A program made the position numbers and the translations under genes. Positions 26,134-39,160 of a DNA stretch of 64,000 nt are shown piece after piece (positions within the stretch are counted from its first letter, which is position 1; each line of letters opens with the position of its first letter). The notes beneath the pieces are model-generated. The model was not told the DNA's origin and did no database searches. It was given only the letters and a program-made list of their open reading frames with translations. Source of the DNA: Squalus acanthias (taxonomy: Eukaryota). Location of the stretch: assembly GCA_030390025.1 (NCBI GenBank), contig CM059435.1:48980001-49044000 (forward strand), given 5' to 3'.

Positions 26134-26340
26134 CGAGAAGTCGCACAACACCAGGTTATAGTCCAACAGTTTTATTTAAAATTACGAGCTTTCGGAGCTG
26201 CTGCCCCTTCGTCAGGTAGAGGCAGGGGCAGCAGCTCCGAAAGCTCGTAATTTTAAATAAAACTGTTGGACTATAACCTGGTGTTGTGCGACTTCTCATT
26301 TTTGTCCACCCCAGTCCAACACCGGCATCTCCGCATCATG
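26134..26340. mobile_element. Penelope-like palindromic insertion, variant subfamily
   Basis: TSD-like atcctagaa at 26122-26130 and 26341-26349. Perfect 74-bp inverted arms 26135-26208 and 26224-26297, plus tail. Confidence 0.82.
26183..26218 (-). ncRNA. Minimal hammerhead ribozyme motif (variant)
   Basis: UAC-CUGACGA-A-GGGGC(AGCA)GCUCC-GAAA-GCUC-GUA. Confidence 0.68.
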
Positions 26341-29300
26341 ATCCTAGAAATCAATCTAGTGAACCTTCGTTGCACCCCTTCTAAGGCAAGTATATCCTTC
26401 CTTTAGGCAAGGAGACAGTACTCAAGGTGTGGTCTCACCAAAGTCTTATATAATTGCAGCAAGACTTCCTTACTCTTGTACTCCAACTCCCTTGCAATAA
26501 AGGCTAACATACCATTTTCCTTCATAATTGCTTGCTACACCTGCACTTTAACTTTGTGATTCGTGTACAAGGACCACCAAATCCTTCTGAATACCAACAT
26601 TTACTAGTCTTACCTTTTAAAAGAATATTCTGCTTTTCGATTCTGCCCATCAAGGTGGCTAATTTTTCACATCCACATATAGGATTACATATGATATACA
26701 GCACAGAAACAGGCTATTCAGCCGAACCAGCCCATGCCGGCGTTTATGCTCCACTTGCGCCTCCTCCAGTCTTTCCTCATCTAACTATCAGCTTACTCTA
26801 TTCCCTTCTCCCTCATATGCTTATCTAACCTCTCCTTAAATGCATCCATACTATTTGCCTCAACTACTCCGAGGTAGCGAGTTCCACATTCTCACCAGTC
26901 TCTGGGTAAAGAAGTTTCTTCTAAATTCCCTATTTGATTTTTTGGTGACTATCTTACATTGATGGCCCTTTTTACTCCATCTGCCTTCTTCTTGCCCAAC
27001 CACTTAACTGGTCTATATCCTTTTGCAATCTCTCTGCGTCCTCCTCAGAGCTTACTTTCCCACCTAGCTTTGTATCAGCAGCAAACCTGGATATATTACA
27101 CTCGGTCCCCTTATCCAAGTCACTGATATAGATAGTAAATAGAGGCCCAAGCACCGATCCTTGCGGCACTCCACTAGTTAAACCCTGCCACCCCTGCTAT
27201 TCCTACTCTTTTCTGTCCAGTAACCAATCCTCAATCCATGCGAATATATTATCCCCAAACCCATGAGCCCTAATCTTATGCAACAATCTCTTGTGTGGCA
27301 CCTTATCGAATGCCTTCTGAAAATCCAAATATACTACACCCACTCGTTCCCCCTCATTTATCCTGCTAGTTACATCCACAATAAACTCCAATAGATTTGT
27401 CAAACACGATTTCCCTTTCACACAACCGTGATGACTCTGCCTAATCAGTGATTTTCCAAATACTGTACACTGTTACCACATCCTTAATAGGAACTTTCTA
27501 TTGTGGGAAAACAACCATGGAGAAGTGGGAAAACCAACCATGGAGAAATACACACACTCAAGGGGCTTCACAGTCAGTGTTCTTTGTTGAAAGGCATTTC
27601 CAGTAGCTATGTTTTGTCGGTGGCCCAAAATTCAGACATTTAGCAGTTTACATCCAAGTCTATTGTGCAATGCTGCTAAGGAGAGATTTTTTGTTGACTG
27701 ATGAGAAATGGAGCCCATACCCAGGAAATTTCTCAAATTTACATGGAGTCCAGGATTGACAAGTGCACAACAACTGCCACATTTTATATATTAGTAACCC
27801 TGCCAAAGAGGTTAAGTTTCAGTTAGAGCTGCCAGTGCAAATTGTGCTAAGTATTCAACTGCACCAGGCAAGCTATACAGTAAGAGTACACTGGGGCAGA
27901 GGCACACCAGTTAACACCTGGTCTGCAGACTGACCCAGCCTTGGGGGGGGTGGTGGGGGGAAAAGAGAAGAGACAGTAAATAGCTACATCAGCAATTATA
28001 TGTACCAGACATGAAGGTTTCCAAAAGCTCCCAGCAGTTGACCCCCCTATATACCTAAAGAAAAACTCCAAAGGCAGGTGGCAATTGGAACATTAAGCAT
28101 CCACGAATATAGGATGCAAGAGTAGCCAGTTAGTACAAGAATAAATGCTGGCACATAGTGCTCAATCCCAAACATGGGGAAAAAGAGTGTTTTGCAACAC
28201 GCATCACAAAATCAGAACCCACTACAGGCAGAGAAAACAGAACTGATGCTAAATCGAAGGTAAGTGCTATATAGATTCGATAGGAAGAGTCAGTCAAGAT
28301 GTCCCACAAGAGAAACCATTGCCTTTGTAACTTGCCCTCGTCAATCTGGAGTTTAGTTTCTATTGCTGCAATGACAAAAACAAAAAAACTGCACTTTACC
28401 CCTCCCTTTAATATAGATTTTTAATTGGTATTTAACTATCCCTGGTCGGCAGCAGCATGCCCCAAAAGCAGTACCATAGAACCCTATTATAGTGCAACGA
28501 GAAAACAATGAGGCACTGTTAAGAAATATCATAAATTAGTCCCCTAAAAATCGATGGCTCTAGCTAAATAAGCAGCCTAATGCTTTTTGTTTTGACCAAG
28601 GCATAATGTCCAATATAGACTGAAGCACGAAGAGCACTCTAAGCTCACCGCAATGTGATGCTTCCAGGATACAGGTAAACCCCAAGTTTCTGGAATAGGA
28701 CAGGCTATAAACAGCTATCCAAATGGCAGAGTTGTGGGGTATACAATACTAATGAATTCTAAGCTTTCCTTTCATTTTGTACCTCTTTTCCCATTACAAG
28801 CCACTTCAAAAGATCAGCCATTTGGAACACCATCAAAATTTTCAATTTTGTGGAGTCTACAGTATTAATGGCTTATTGGTCCTATGCCAAATTGTGCTGT
28901 AACAGGTGGTGCAGTTCTTCAGAGTACAAATACACATAGCATAAGAGTGGAAAGAGATTTGATTCTCCTCACCAAAAGGAGTTCCTAATTTCAACCAGAA
29001 GGGGGAGGAGAAGAGAAAGGCAGGGAAATCATTCACAGGTGGCAGTTGTGTAGCTCAAACTGCTTTTCCTGCATCAGAGCACACTGCCAGAGCTGGTGGA
29101 TAATAAGAACTGGGGGAAATAACTTAATTTAACTAAATCTGTAAAATAACCAATTTCAACAAAAAATTACAAGTCAATGTAGACTCCTAACTCTAGACTC
29201 CAACAAGTTCCTCCTAATAGAGTGCGAAGTATTCCAGAGGAATTCTATATATATTTAGTACGATCACAAAGCAGTTAAAAATAGTTTGTGTATGTTCGAT

Positions 29301-29419
29301 CAGGCAAAGCAGAAAGATTACAAAGACAGCCGTCCTCGCGAATATTCTAATTCAATTTTACCTATGTTTTCCTCGTCGATATAAAAATTGAAATTGAAGT
29401 ACTTATCCAACAGCACAAA

Positions 29420-29590
29420 ACAGATTATCTAGACATCACATTGCTGTTTGTGGGACCTTGCTTGCAGAAATTGGCTGCCATGTTTCCTACATTACAATGG
29501 TGACTACACTTCAAAAGTACTTCATTGGCTGTAAAGCACTTTGGGACATCCTGAGGTCATGGAAAGGTGCTATATAAATACAAGCATTTT
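29420..29590 (+). mobile_element. SINE 3' half (same family as 32200 and 35470)
   Basis: cattgctgtttgtggga...cttcaaaagtacttcattggctgtaaagcactttggga...tgctatataaatacaag is shared with the other copies. Confidence 0.8.
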
Positions 29591-29604
29591 CCTCTTTAAC
29601 TCAC

Positions 29605-29728
29605 TTTTGCTGTTTGTTGACTACAATAACTGAACAATCCACAGGTCTTTCAGCATCATAACGTCTCTGGATTTCATCATAATACTGCCGATACAGTTCT
29701 TCTCTTCGGCGCTCTCTTCTCATAGGAT
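29605..29728 (-). CDS. NCOA5: NCOA5 coding exon 6
   Basis: ttttcaag|AT...CAAAA|gtgagt; DPMRRERRREELYRQYYDEIQRRYDAERPVDCSVIVVNKQQK; 124 nt. Confidence 0.96.
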
Positions 29729-31089
29729 CTTGAAAAAAAAACACATTAAACCAACTTAGATTTTAAATTCATCTGTTCTACCATACTTATGATTACTGCT
29801 TGCTGCAAGCTCATTTTTTTCACCCCAGCAGCTGTTATGTGAGGAGTTCCAAGAACCAGGAGGCCACCCGTGAGCAGAGGGGAAACCAAGGGCGGGGGAA
29901 AGAAGAAACTATTCTCTCCATTTCTCCTCCGAAGCCCCCACTATCCATCTCTTTTCCTCCCCCCACCCTGGTCTCCCCCCCAATCTTCCGAGCCCCCATT
30001 TTCGGACTTCGAGCCCCAACCTCCCCCCACAAATGCGATTTCAAGGCTCCCGATTCTCGGAAACTTGAGTGAGACGTGATGTTGCACGGTGCAGTTCCCG
30101 GCTTTTGTTGAATGGGAAGCTTCCCAACATCCATTGTAGCAGAAAAATGCTCTATCACTGGGATAGAGCCGTGCAAGCATTCAATCCCAAAGATAGAGCG
30201 GTTACTCTGCCGCTATAGATGCTGGGTAGAGATCTCCATTCCATAAAAGCCGTTTCTTCCACCTCGCACTTACTTGCACATCCAGTTTTAGATTTGAAAG
30301 CATTGATGGCTGCCCGTAGTTCATAATTTGCAAGTGTCCATGGTTTCAAGGTGCAGCTTATATCTATTACAAGTTATTTGAGACGGTCAATAAGTGCCTG
30401 TTATTTGCACGTGTCCGTTTGTATAGGTTTCACTTTAGTTCCATCCCTTTCAAAGGATGCATCAATCAAGCAGCATGATCATGAAGCAATCTAGTGGAAA
30501 GGAGACTACCTAGAAAAATGTAGAGCTGAACAGCCATGAAAGCCAGATCATCTGTCAGCACTGCCTCCTTGGGTCTGGGATACCCCAACACACTGGATGC
30601 TAAAACCAAGTTGGACAGGAATACGTTTTGCTGCAAAGGCTGGAGAAACGAGCACACTCCTTTTAGAATCACTATGCATAGGTCACATTCCTGGGGAAGC
30701 CCTATTGGATTGTCAAGCAAGCTACTGGAGTATTTAAAACATTACTGCCAGAAATTACTAAATTTTTCATGTGGAACAGCAGGACTGCTTCAGACAAGAA
30801 AGGGGGCTGGTGACAGAATGTGAAGTCTTAAAAAGGCAGTGTCCCAAGATTCTTCCACAAGTACCTATGTGGAGGATGAAAAAGAATCTAAAGGTATGGT
30901 ACAAACATCTGAAATTATTTTCCATACTGACCACCAAAAAGCTAGAGCACTATAAAATCATACACAAAGTATATAAACTTACTACAACTTGAAACCTTTA
31001 TCACCTAAAGCATTTGCTAGGCTACGTACAATAATGCATAATTCAGTCCATTCTCTTCCTTGAGCTTGGATATCTGCCCTATGACGTAC

Positions 31090-31208
31090 CATCAACTTCA
31101 CGAGGCGCCCTGGGATCCCATGGCTCCCGGAATCTGTCCATATAGGGCTCCTCTTTCCTTCGCAAAATATCATCATAGCGATAATACCGATCATAGACTT
31201 CTTCCCGT
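31090..31208 (-). CDS. NCOA5: NCOA5 coding exon 5
   Basis: cattgcag|A...GATG|gtacgt; REEVYDRYYRYDDILRRKEEPYMDRFREPWDPR, compared with human REGSYDRYLRMDDYCRRKDDSYFDRYRD; 119 nt. Confidence 0.92.
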
Positions 31209-32199
31209 CTGCAATGCAAAGGGTTATGGTTGAACCATGAGAAACACAGATCTTACTGAAAAACAAACTCTAAAATTCAATAGTGAAAATATTTTAGTTT
31301 CAATTAGACTCAAAAGGTTTGTGCCACAAAGTAAATATCTAACCATTTGCTTCGCTAATAAGAAAACCAAATCGAACAGAATTGCAAAATAAGATACTTT
31401 ACATGTTTGGAACAATTCAGCTTCATACACAAACTAATGTGGGCCATCATCCCACAGGCAAATTTAGAGCACTGTTCCTTTAAGAAAAGGACACCAGTTG
31501 TTGAGAGATCTTTCCTTGCTCTATTAAGAGGCTTTGCTCTCAGTTCTTTGTCTGAAAATGAAGCACCAACACTCCAGGAATAAAAAGGCACTGAAGCAAG
31601 ACACCATAACCTCAAATCATTATCGGGTCAAAGATTAGAAGCATGCTCTATACATGTAGGTTGGACTTCAAAAAGGAAGTCACTGAAAGTAAGTGAATTA
31701 CTGGTAATGGAATTTCCACTTTTAAAGAAAAAAAAACTGCATACTACATGCGTAGTGACACATAGCTTGCCACTTTTCCTTATTTGTTCAACCACCAAAT
31801 ACTAGTTAACAACAAATTGGAGCTGGTCTCAGACAGCTGATCCTTCAGCTACACGATAATACCCAAACACTAGTCTTGACCAAAAATACCAGGACAATAA
31901 CTGCAGAGAGAAATTACAGCACCAGGTACTTGCTGTACAGAGGGTACATATGTCGATCCTTCTCTCTTCTCTGGTGAACCAGATCCAATAAAGGGAAGGA
32001 ATCCTTTCTCAAACCACTTTTGTTAACTTGCTTAGTAAATAGTTTTGATGATTTCATCCTGTATGAGACAAATAACTTTGCCATGAGGATACTCCACCCT
32101 ATCCACATAGCAAGCTATTGCCCTACATGTATAATGACAACAGTACTTCCTCTCAATCAAGATACAAAGTGATGGACAAAACCTTCCTGCCATTATCAA

Positions 32200-32605
32200 G
32201 GTGTCCACCTTGGCTCAGTGGTAGCACTCTTAGTCTGAAAGTTATGGGTTAGTGCTCCACTCCAGAAACTTGAGCACATAATCTAGGCTTTTACTTTAGT
32301 GCAGTACTAAGCGAGTGCTGCACTGTCAAGGTGCAGTCTTTCAGATAGTACGTTAAATGTCTTCCCTCTCCAGTGGATGTAAAAAAAATCCCATGGCACT
32401 ATTCAATGAGGAGCAGGGGACTTTCCCTATCCTGGTGAACATTTATCCTTCCAACCATTATCTCACTGCTGTTTGCAGACTGTTGGCTTCCATATTTTCC
32501 AACATTACAACAGTAGCTACAATTCAAAAGTACTTCATTGGCTATGAAACACTCTGGGATATCTGCAGGTCATGATAGATGCTATACAAACATGATTTTT
32601 CTTTT
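32200..32605 (+). mobile_element. tRNA-derived SINE (Deu-domain/SacSINE1-like), decayed
   Basis: A-box tggctcagtggtag, a degenerate B-box, and body and tail shared with 35470-35917. Confidence 0.75.
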
Positions 32606-35469
32606 CTTCATATTATCCCAACAATGGCAAACACGTTCAGACACAAATGAGGCCTGAACATGGGACTTATCTGCAAGTGACATTAAGTAGAGGATCCAAC
32701 AACACAAAGTTCATCAACTATATGCTACAGTAAGAGTGAAGTTGCAGTTTTGAACTATAAAAGCTGGAGATCAAGAACACATGGGCTCAAATGGCTGACT
32801 TTAGTTTGCTCAGAACCAAATTTAGTTTGCATGCTGTAACTTAAATGACCACACCTTCCAGGGCCCTTCATGGAAGTGAAACACTGAGGTGCTTTCCCTA
32901 TGGCCCTACCCAAGGATGGTTAGAAGACTGAAGTAAGAACCTTGAGGAAGCCCAGTGCATCAAACCAGAGTACTGAAGTTGAGACACTAGTATACAACGC
33001 ATTTCTGCTCGTCTTGCATACTTTAAAGTATATGTTTTCTGAAGGCAGGTAGTCACTATTGACTGCTAACAACTCTAGGCTGGGCTCTCAATAGCCATAC
33101 CAAATAGAAATCCTGCAGGCTACCCAGCTTGTTTAATTGGCTCCAATGGTTCACTTTATATGGGACCTTGTAAAAGTTACTGATGCACTTGGCTAGCAGG
33201 TCAAAGTAACTGATCCTCCTGGCCCAGTAATGCATTCCTTTCCAAATAACAATGAGAGGGAACAAGAGAAGCTGTATACAACAGCACAGCATCAAAATTA
33301 GGTGAAAAGATTGAGTCTAAAACAGATACATTCTTAAAAAGCCCACAGTATTTACTTGGAACATTGTCAAAACTCAAAAATAAACAAGGGGCTTAATATG
33401 GAACATTAAGCTAATGACAACCCACTTTACGTCTGTAATACGGATGATAAAATTACACTATTTACAGTATTTTTGGTCTCAAGTACATACTCATAACAGA
33501 AATACCTTTTATTACAGGAATAGATATTACACCTTCGCCAACTACATGAGCCTTTGTAGAACATGGCTCCACCAGTGCATCTTTAAAGGGAATGGTCTTG
33601 TAACTGCTCCATGGCCAACCACAATTACACGCAAGGTAAATAACCTTTGCAGCAAGGTGATTCTGAACCAATATGATTCCACCTGCAATATTACTCATGC
33701 GGAGACACTCAACTGGGAGAAAATTCACTTCTTTTCATATAAAAAGGCACTGATAGCAAACGATTATTCTGTTGTTGCAAATCACAGACAATGGAAGTGA
33801 ATATAACATACAAGGCATGTGGGGGGGGGGGGGAGAATCATCGGTGTGGAAGAGGGTACAAGACAACAGAAATTACCTTATGCAAAGGGTGCGTGTAGGA
33901 GGTAGCTGAGCAATCATTGCAGAAAAAGCAAGTTATTAAATTCCCTGGCAATGTCTTATAGACACTTCCTTATTGACCATGTTTGGGGTTTGCTACGAAC
34001 TGCTCGGCTAAAATAAAAAATGAATCACTTTGACCGTGTTAGAAGTGCAAGCAAAAGCTACCGACACGGGGGGACTTCAACCAGGCATACATAAACTGGG
34101 AACACAAGTGGGAAGGATGCTGAGCTCATCAAAATAGCATATGATTGCTCCCTAACCCAGGTGCCGCAGGAGGCCCACGAGAAACAAATCTCTTCCAGAT
34201 CCACTTATTATGCAAATTAGAAATAGCTGAACTGTTAGACAATTATAACAGCAGGACAATTTCTGGCTTGGGAAACAGTGCAGCAATGGAACAAGAACCG
34301 AGAGATATGGGGAGGTGGTAAAAGCAGTTTTAAAAAGTTTGTATGGAGAGAGAAGAGGCTGACCATTGGACCAAGTACAAGATTGTACAGCAACAAATCG
34401 GAGAGATTAGGGGTACCAAAAGAAAACTGGAAAAGGTTATTGCTGCAGGAGCAAAACATGAACGCTAAAAAATTCTTACAATAGCATTAACAGCAAGAGG
34501 GTAATCAGGGAAAAACACGATAGTTGACATGCTAATTGACTGCATGGAGGGTTTATTAAACCAGGGAAGACACATCCAACATCAAACAAACAATCAGTTG
34601 TGTCCAAGACTTTGACATTAACAAAACAGAGGTTGTCAGGTGGTGATGTTACAACAGACAAACGTAGTTCCTTATACAAGAACGGTAACTGTATCTAATA
34701 GCTACAAACCAACTCTCCTGACCTCAATTGGAAAATTACATAACCAAAATGGAAGAGCACCTCTGAAAATAACCAGTGTATGCATGATGTGAACTACCAA
34801 TAGACCATGGACTCAAAAGGCAGCTGAGATCTTATGGGTTCATCAGTGGAAACTAGAAAAATGCACAATGGAAGCAAAGAAGAATGCACTCCAGTGGCAG
34901 ATAGAGCTCACCAATGGGGAAGTTAAAGGCCCATGGGTGTTAGTCACTCAGCACGTCTAAACCAGTATTGTCCAATAGAAATTGCCGACTAGCCAGTGAC
35001 AGTTTTAGCCACATGCACCAATTTTAGTAGAAAACCCCTTACGCACACGGAATACAGGTAAATGTATTCACGTGCATATTTATTTAAATATCTAACACCA
35101 TTCAGTAACGAAGGAAGTAAACCATTGCACGATTACAAACCACTCACGCATAGCTTTTCATCTGGCCATTTCACCAACAAATGGCACAAAAGGGTTAAGT
35201 ACACATGCATATGCCATGTAAATGAGTATGAGACTACGTGCCCAACGACTGTGCCTATTACTCTTATTTACTAGTCAGAAATACAATTATCCACACCTGG
35301 ATTCCTATTTTGCCATGCGTGACTAGTTGCTAATGTTTTTGGACAACATGGGCCTAAACATTAGGATATTAAAGTAAATAACAACTTGTATTTGTATAGC
35401 GCATTTAATGTAGTAGAACATCCCAAGGCGCTTCACAGGAGAGTTATAAAACTAAACAACTAACTAAAG

Positions 35470-35917
35470 GAAGGCTTGCATTTATACCGCGCCTTCCACA
35501 ACCACCGGACGCCTCAAAGCACTTTACAGCCAATGAAGTATTTTTTTTTGAAGTGTAGCCACTGTTGTAATGTAGGAAATGCGGCAGCCAATTTGCGCAC
35601 GGCAAGCTCCCTCAAACAGCAATGTGATAACCAGATAATCTGTTTTTGTTATGTTGACTGAGGGATAAATATTGGCCAGGACACTGGGGATAACTCCCCT
35701 GCTCTTCTTCGAAATAGTGCCGTGGGATCTTTTACATTCAAATGAGAGCAGATGGGGTCTTTTATGTCTCATCTGAAAGATGGTACCTCCGACAGTGTAG
35801 CACTCACTCAGTACTGCACTGCAGTGTCAGCCTAGATTTTGTGTTCAAGTCTCGAGTGGGACTTGAACCCACAATCTTCTGACTTCGAGGCACTACCAAC
35901 TGCGCCACAGCTGACAC
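35470..35917 (-). mobile_element. Near full-length tRNA-derived SINE (Deu-domain/SacSINE1-like)
   Basis: The - strand head gtgtcagctgTGGCGCAGTTGG...GGTTCAAGTCC contains A and B boxes; the tail ..tataaatgcaag resembles the L2 tail. Confidence 0.82.
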
Positions 35918-36020
35918 TGAAATTAGGGCAGATGACCAAAAAGAGTGGTCAAAGAGTTAGGTTTTAAGGAGGAAAGAGAGGTAGAAAGAGGTTTAAGGAG
36001 GAAATTCCAGAGCCTAGGGC

Positions 36021-36250
36021 CCCAGTGTCCTGGCCAATATTTATCCCTCAATCAACATAACAAAAACAGATTATCTGGTCATTATCACATTGCTGTTTGA
36101 GGGAGCTTGCTGTGCGCAAATTGGCTGCCGCATTTCCTACATTACAACAGTGACTACACTTCAAAAAAGTACTTCATTGGCTGTAAAGTGCTTTGAGGCG
36201 TCCGGTGGTCATGAAAGGTGCTATATAAATGCAAGCCTTCCTTTAGTTAG
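36021..36250 (+). mobile_element. SINE 3' half, inverted relative to 35460-35688
   Basis: Close reverse-complement match, including the terminal ttcctttagttag. Confidence 0.82.
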
Positions 36251-39088
36251 TTAGAGGCAGCTGAAGGCACGGCTGCAAATGGTTGAGCGATCAAAATCAG
36301 GGATGCTCAACAGGCCAGAATTAGAGGAGCGCAGATATCTCGGGGGCTGGAGGAGATTAGAGATGGGAGGGGAGAGATCATGGAGGGATTTGAAAACAAG
36401 GATGATAATTTAAAAAAAAGGCATTGCTTAATCAAGAGACAATATAGGTCAGTGAGCACAGGGGTGATGGATAACAGGACTTGGTACAAGTTAGGACACA
36501 GGCAGCAGAGTTTTGGATGACCTCAAGTTTACGGAGGGTTGACGTGGGAAGCCAGCCAGGAGTGCGTTGGAATAGTCCAGTCTAGAGGTAACAAAGGCAT
36601 GGATGAGGGTTTCAGCAGCGGATGGGCTGAGGCGGGGCAGAGTCGGGCAATGTCACGGAGGTGGAAATAGGCGGTCTTAGTTATGGCACGGATGTGTGTT
36701 CGGAAGTTCATTTCAGCGTCAAACAGGACACCAAGGTTGTGAACAGTCTGATTCAGCCTCAGACAGACACTGGGGAGAGGGATGGAGTCAGTGGCTAGGG
36801 AACGCAGTTTGTGGCAGGGACCGAAGACAATGGCTTCGGTCTTCCCAATATTTAGCTGGAGGAAACTTCTGCTCATCCAGTACTGGATGTCGGACAAGCA
36901 GTCTGACAATTAGAGATAGCGGAGGGGTTGAGAGAAGGTGGTGGTGGTGAGGTAGAGCTGAGTGCCGCCAGCATACCTGTGGAAATGGAAGCTGTGTTTT
37001 TGGATGACGTCACCGAGGGGCAGTATGTAGATGAGAAATAGGAAGGGGCCAAGGATAGATCCTTGGGGGACACCAGAGGTAATGATGCGGGAGCAGGAAG
37101 AGAAGCCGTTGCAGGCGATTCTCTGGCTACGATTAGATAGATAAGAATGGAACCAGGCGCGTGCGGTTCCACCTAGCTGGACGACTGTGGAGCTAACAGG
37201 ATACTAAAGTATCGTGCCACATGAGTTGAATACTGCCACGAGTTGAATTCAAACATCAGATCATGCTGAAGCTGTACCAGAACCAGACTACGGCCACATT
37301 TGATATACTCAGCATGACTGTATAAGCTAGGGCTCTTTAGCCTCAAGTAGTATGTCAGAAGGGGCCTCTGGGAAGTATACAAGACACCACTGGATAAAGT
37401 AGACCCAAAACATTGCTTCTATATACTGCCAGGGCATTAAAACAAGAAAACAATAATTGAGAATTATGAAGGGTGTCTTTTAGGACAGAGGTCAATTAAG
37501 TATTTCTTTGCACAAAGGTGATCAACAGCTAGCAAAGATGTGAAAGGCCAGGAAATTGGGACACATTTAAGAAACATCTAACTGCGGTAGTGGGAAGACA
37601 GCAAGACTGCTATACTAGAAAGAAGAGATCAAATAGGCTGAATGATCTCTCATCTAAACCTACTTTGTGAAGTGTACCACTGGAAGACAGGAAAGACAAA
37701 TGTACAGGTTGCCAGTACCCCATGGGAGTTTGGAGTTGACAAAGAGACTGCAATTTTGTCTAGGCAAAGCACAACTGGAGGTGTAATCAAAAAAAAAAAC
37801 ACAAAACTATAAATTAAACTTGAATAGCTTCAAACTTCAATTAAACTCAATTTACAAAGTCAAGAAGAAACCAAAAGGGGAACACTGAGCAAAGCATCTT
37901 TAAAATACTTGCATTTATATAGAATCTAATGACATCAACACACTTCAAAACTGCAGATTACTAAAGTGCAGTAACTTTAGAGAAAACCAATGGTCCCCAA
38001 ACAGCACCAAAATGAGTAATTAGTCAATCTGTTTTACTAACTATATTGGTTGAGGGAGGAATGCTGGCTAACACACCAGAACACCACTCTTTCAAAAAAA
38101 AAGCCATGGGACACAAAAAGGGTAGAAGAATTAATGCCACATTTGAGACAATACACTGGAGCAGTACCCCGAGCCACAACTTTTGACTCAGTTAAAACAG
38201 TCAAGTTAAGTAACACCGTCTTTTATGGTCGAAGGAAAAAAATCACATAACTGCAAAAAGCAGTTTCTTTTAAAGTAATGATACCAAGTGATTTCTCCCA
38301 ATGGTTGATGACCTACAGTTCTATATGGCAGTGTTATCCAATCCATTAGCCATATGTAGCTAATTGGGAATCCAGATTTGGGATATTTCATTTCTGATTA
38401 GTTAGGTAAAAAAAATGAATTGACATTGATGGGAATGTTATCTCAAAACTCATTTGTCGTGTTTACCTTTTTGTTCATTTGTTAGTAAAATGGTAACACT
38501 GAAAGCAGAATGAGTGTTTTGATAATTTGAGTGCTTTATTTCCTTGGTTACTGAATGGTGGTAGATGTTGGTTAAGTAAATATACATATATGAATACATT
38601 TACATGTATTTTGAGAGTGCATGTGGTTAAAACTGTCGCTGTGGCTAGCCAGTGATTTTTACTGGATAGCATTGCTATCTGGTGTGCAAGCCTGAAATGA
38701 AGAATGACAATTGGCTAGCATGGTCTAATTTAATATATTCTAATTAATGTATGAAATTTCTGTACAATAAACCATGACTGCAAGGTTCCAATTTGCTTTG
38801 ATTAGTTCAGTAACCAAACTGCAAAATCAAACAGAACACAAGCACAAGTTTTAATGTCACTGACCATGATCCTCAGTATGTTCCAATTATTCATTTTAGG
38901 GCTCGCTCCGTGTAAATACCCAGTGACCCGGAACCTTGAGAAATTTCGCCCAGTCTGTGCGGTGTGTCTGTATCCCGGGATGTAACTGGACAACAGGGGA
39001 GACTGGCACCCTTCATAAAACCAACAGATTTAAGCATCTAAAACATGTCTTTTTTGGGGCTGCAAAGGTGAATACTTGAGTGAGTTGT

Positions 39089-39160
39089 GTAATGGTGGTG
39101 CAGTGGTAAGCATGGTTGCCTTCCAAGCAGATGACCTGGGTTCAATTCCCAGTCATCGCA
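39089..39160 (+). tRNA. tRNA-Gly(TCC)-like sequence, probably a retrocopy/pseudogene, at the 5' end of a CR1
   Basis: 72 nt, GTAATGGTGGTGCAGTGGTAAGCATGGTTGCCTTCCAAGCAGATGACCTGGGTTCAATTCCCAGTCATCGCA, aligning end to end with vertebrate tRNA-Gly-TCC. Changes are consistent with CpG decay and disrupt the acceptor stem. No oligo-T terminator follows. Confidence 0.8.

Larger units (their letters stand above)
25678..27492 (-). mobile_element. Decayed CR1 3' half, with a second CR1 3' end (~26680-26970) and a Penelope-like palindrome nested inside
   Basis: The - strand gives [33 protein letters not shown] and FAADTKLGG; CR1 tail at ~25680. Confidence 0.9.
35379..37190 (-). mobile_element. L2-clade LINE 3' portion interrupted by two SINE copies
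   Basis: CLSDIQYWMSRSFLQLNIGKTEAIVFG..NLGVLFD..ITKTAYFHLRDIARL is the typical L2 RT C-terminal region; tail at ~35379-35440. Confidence 0.88.
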
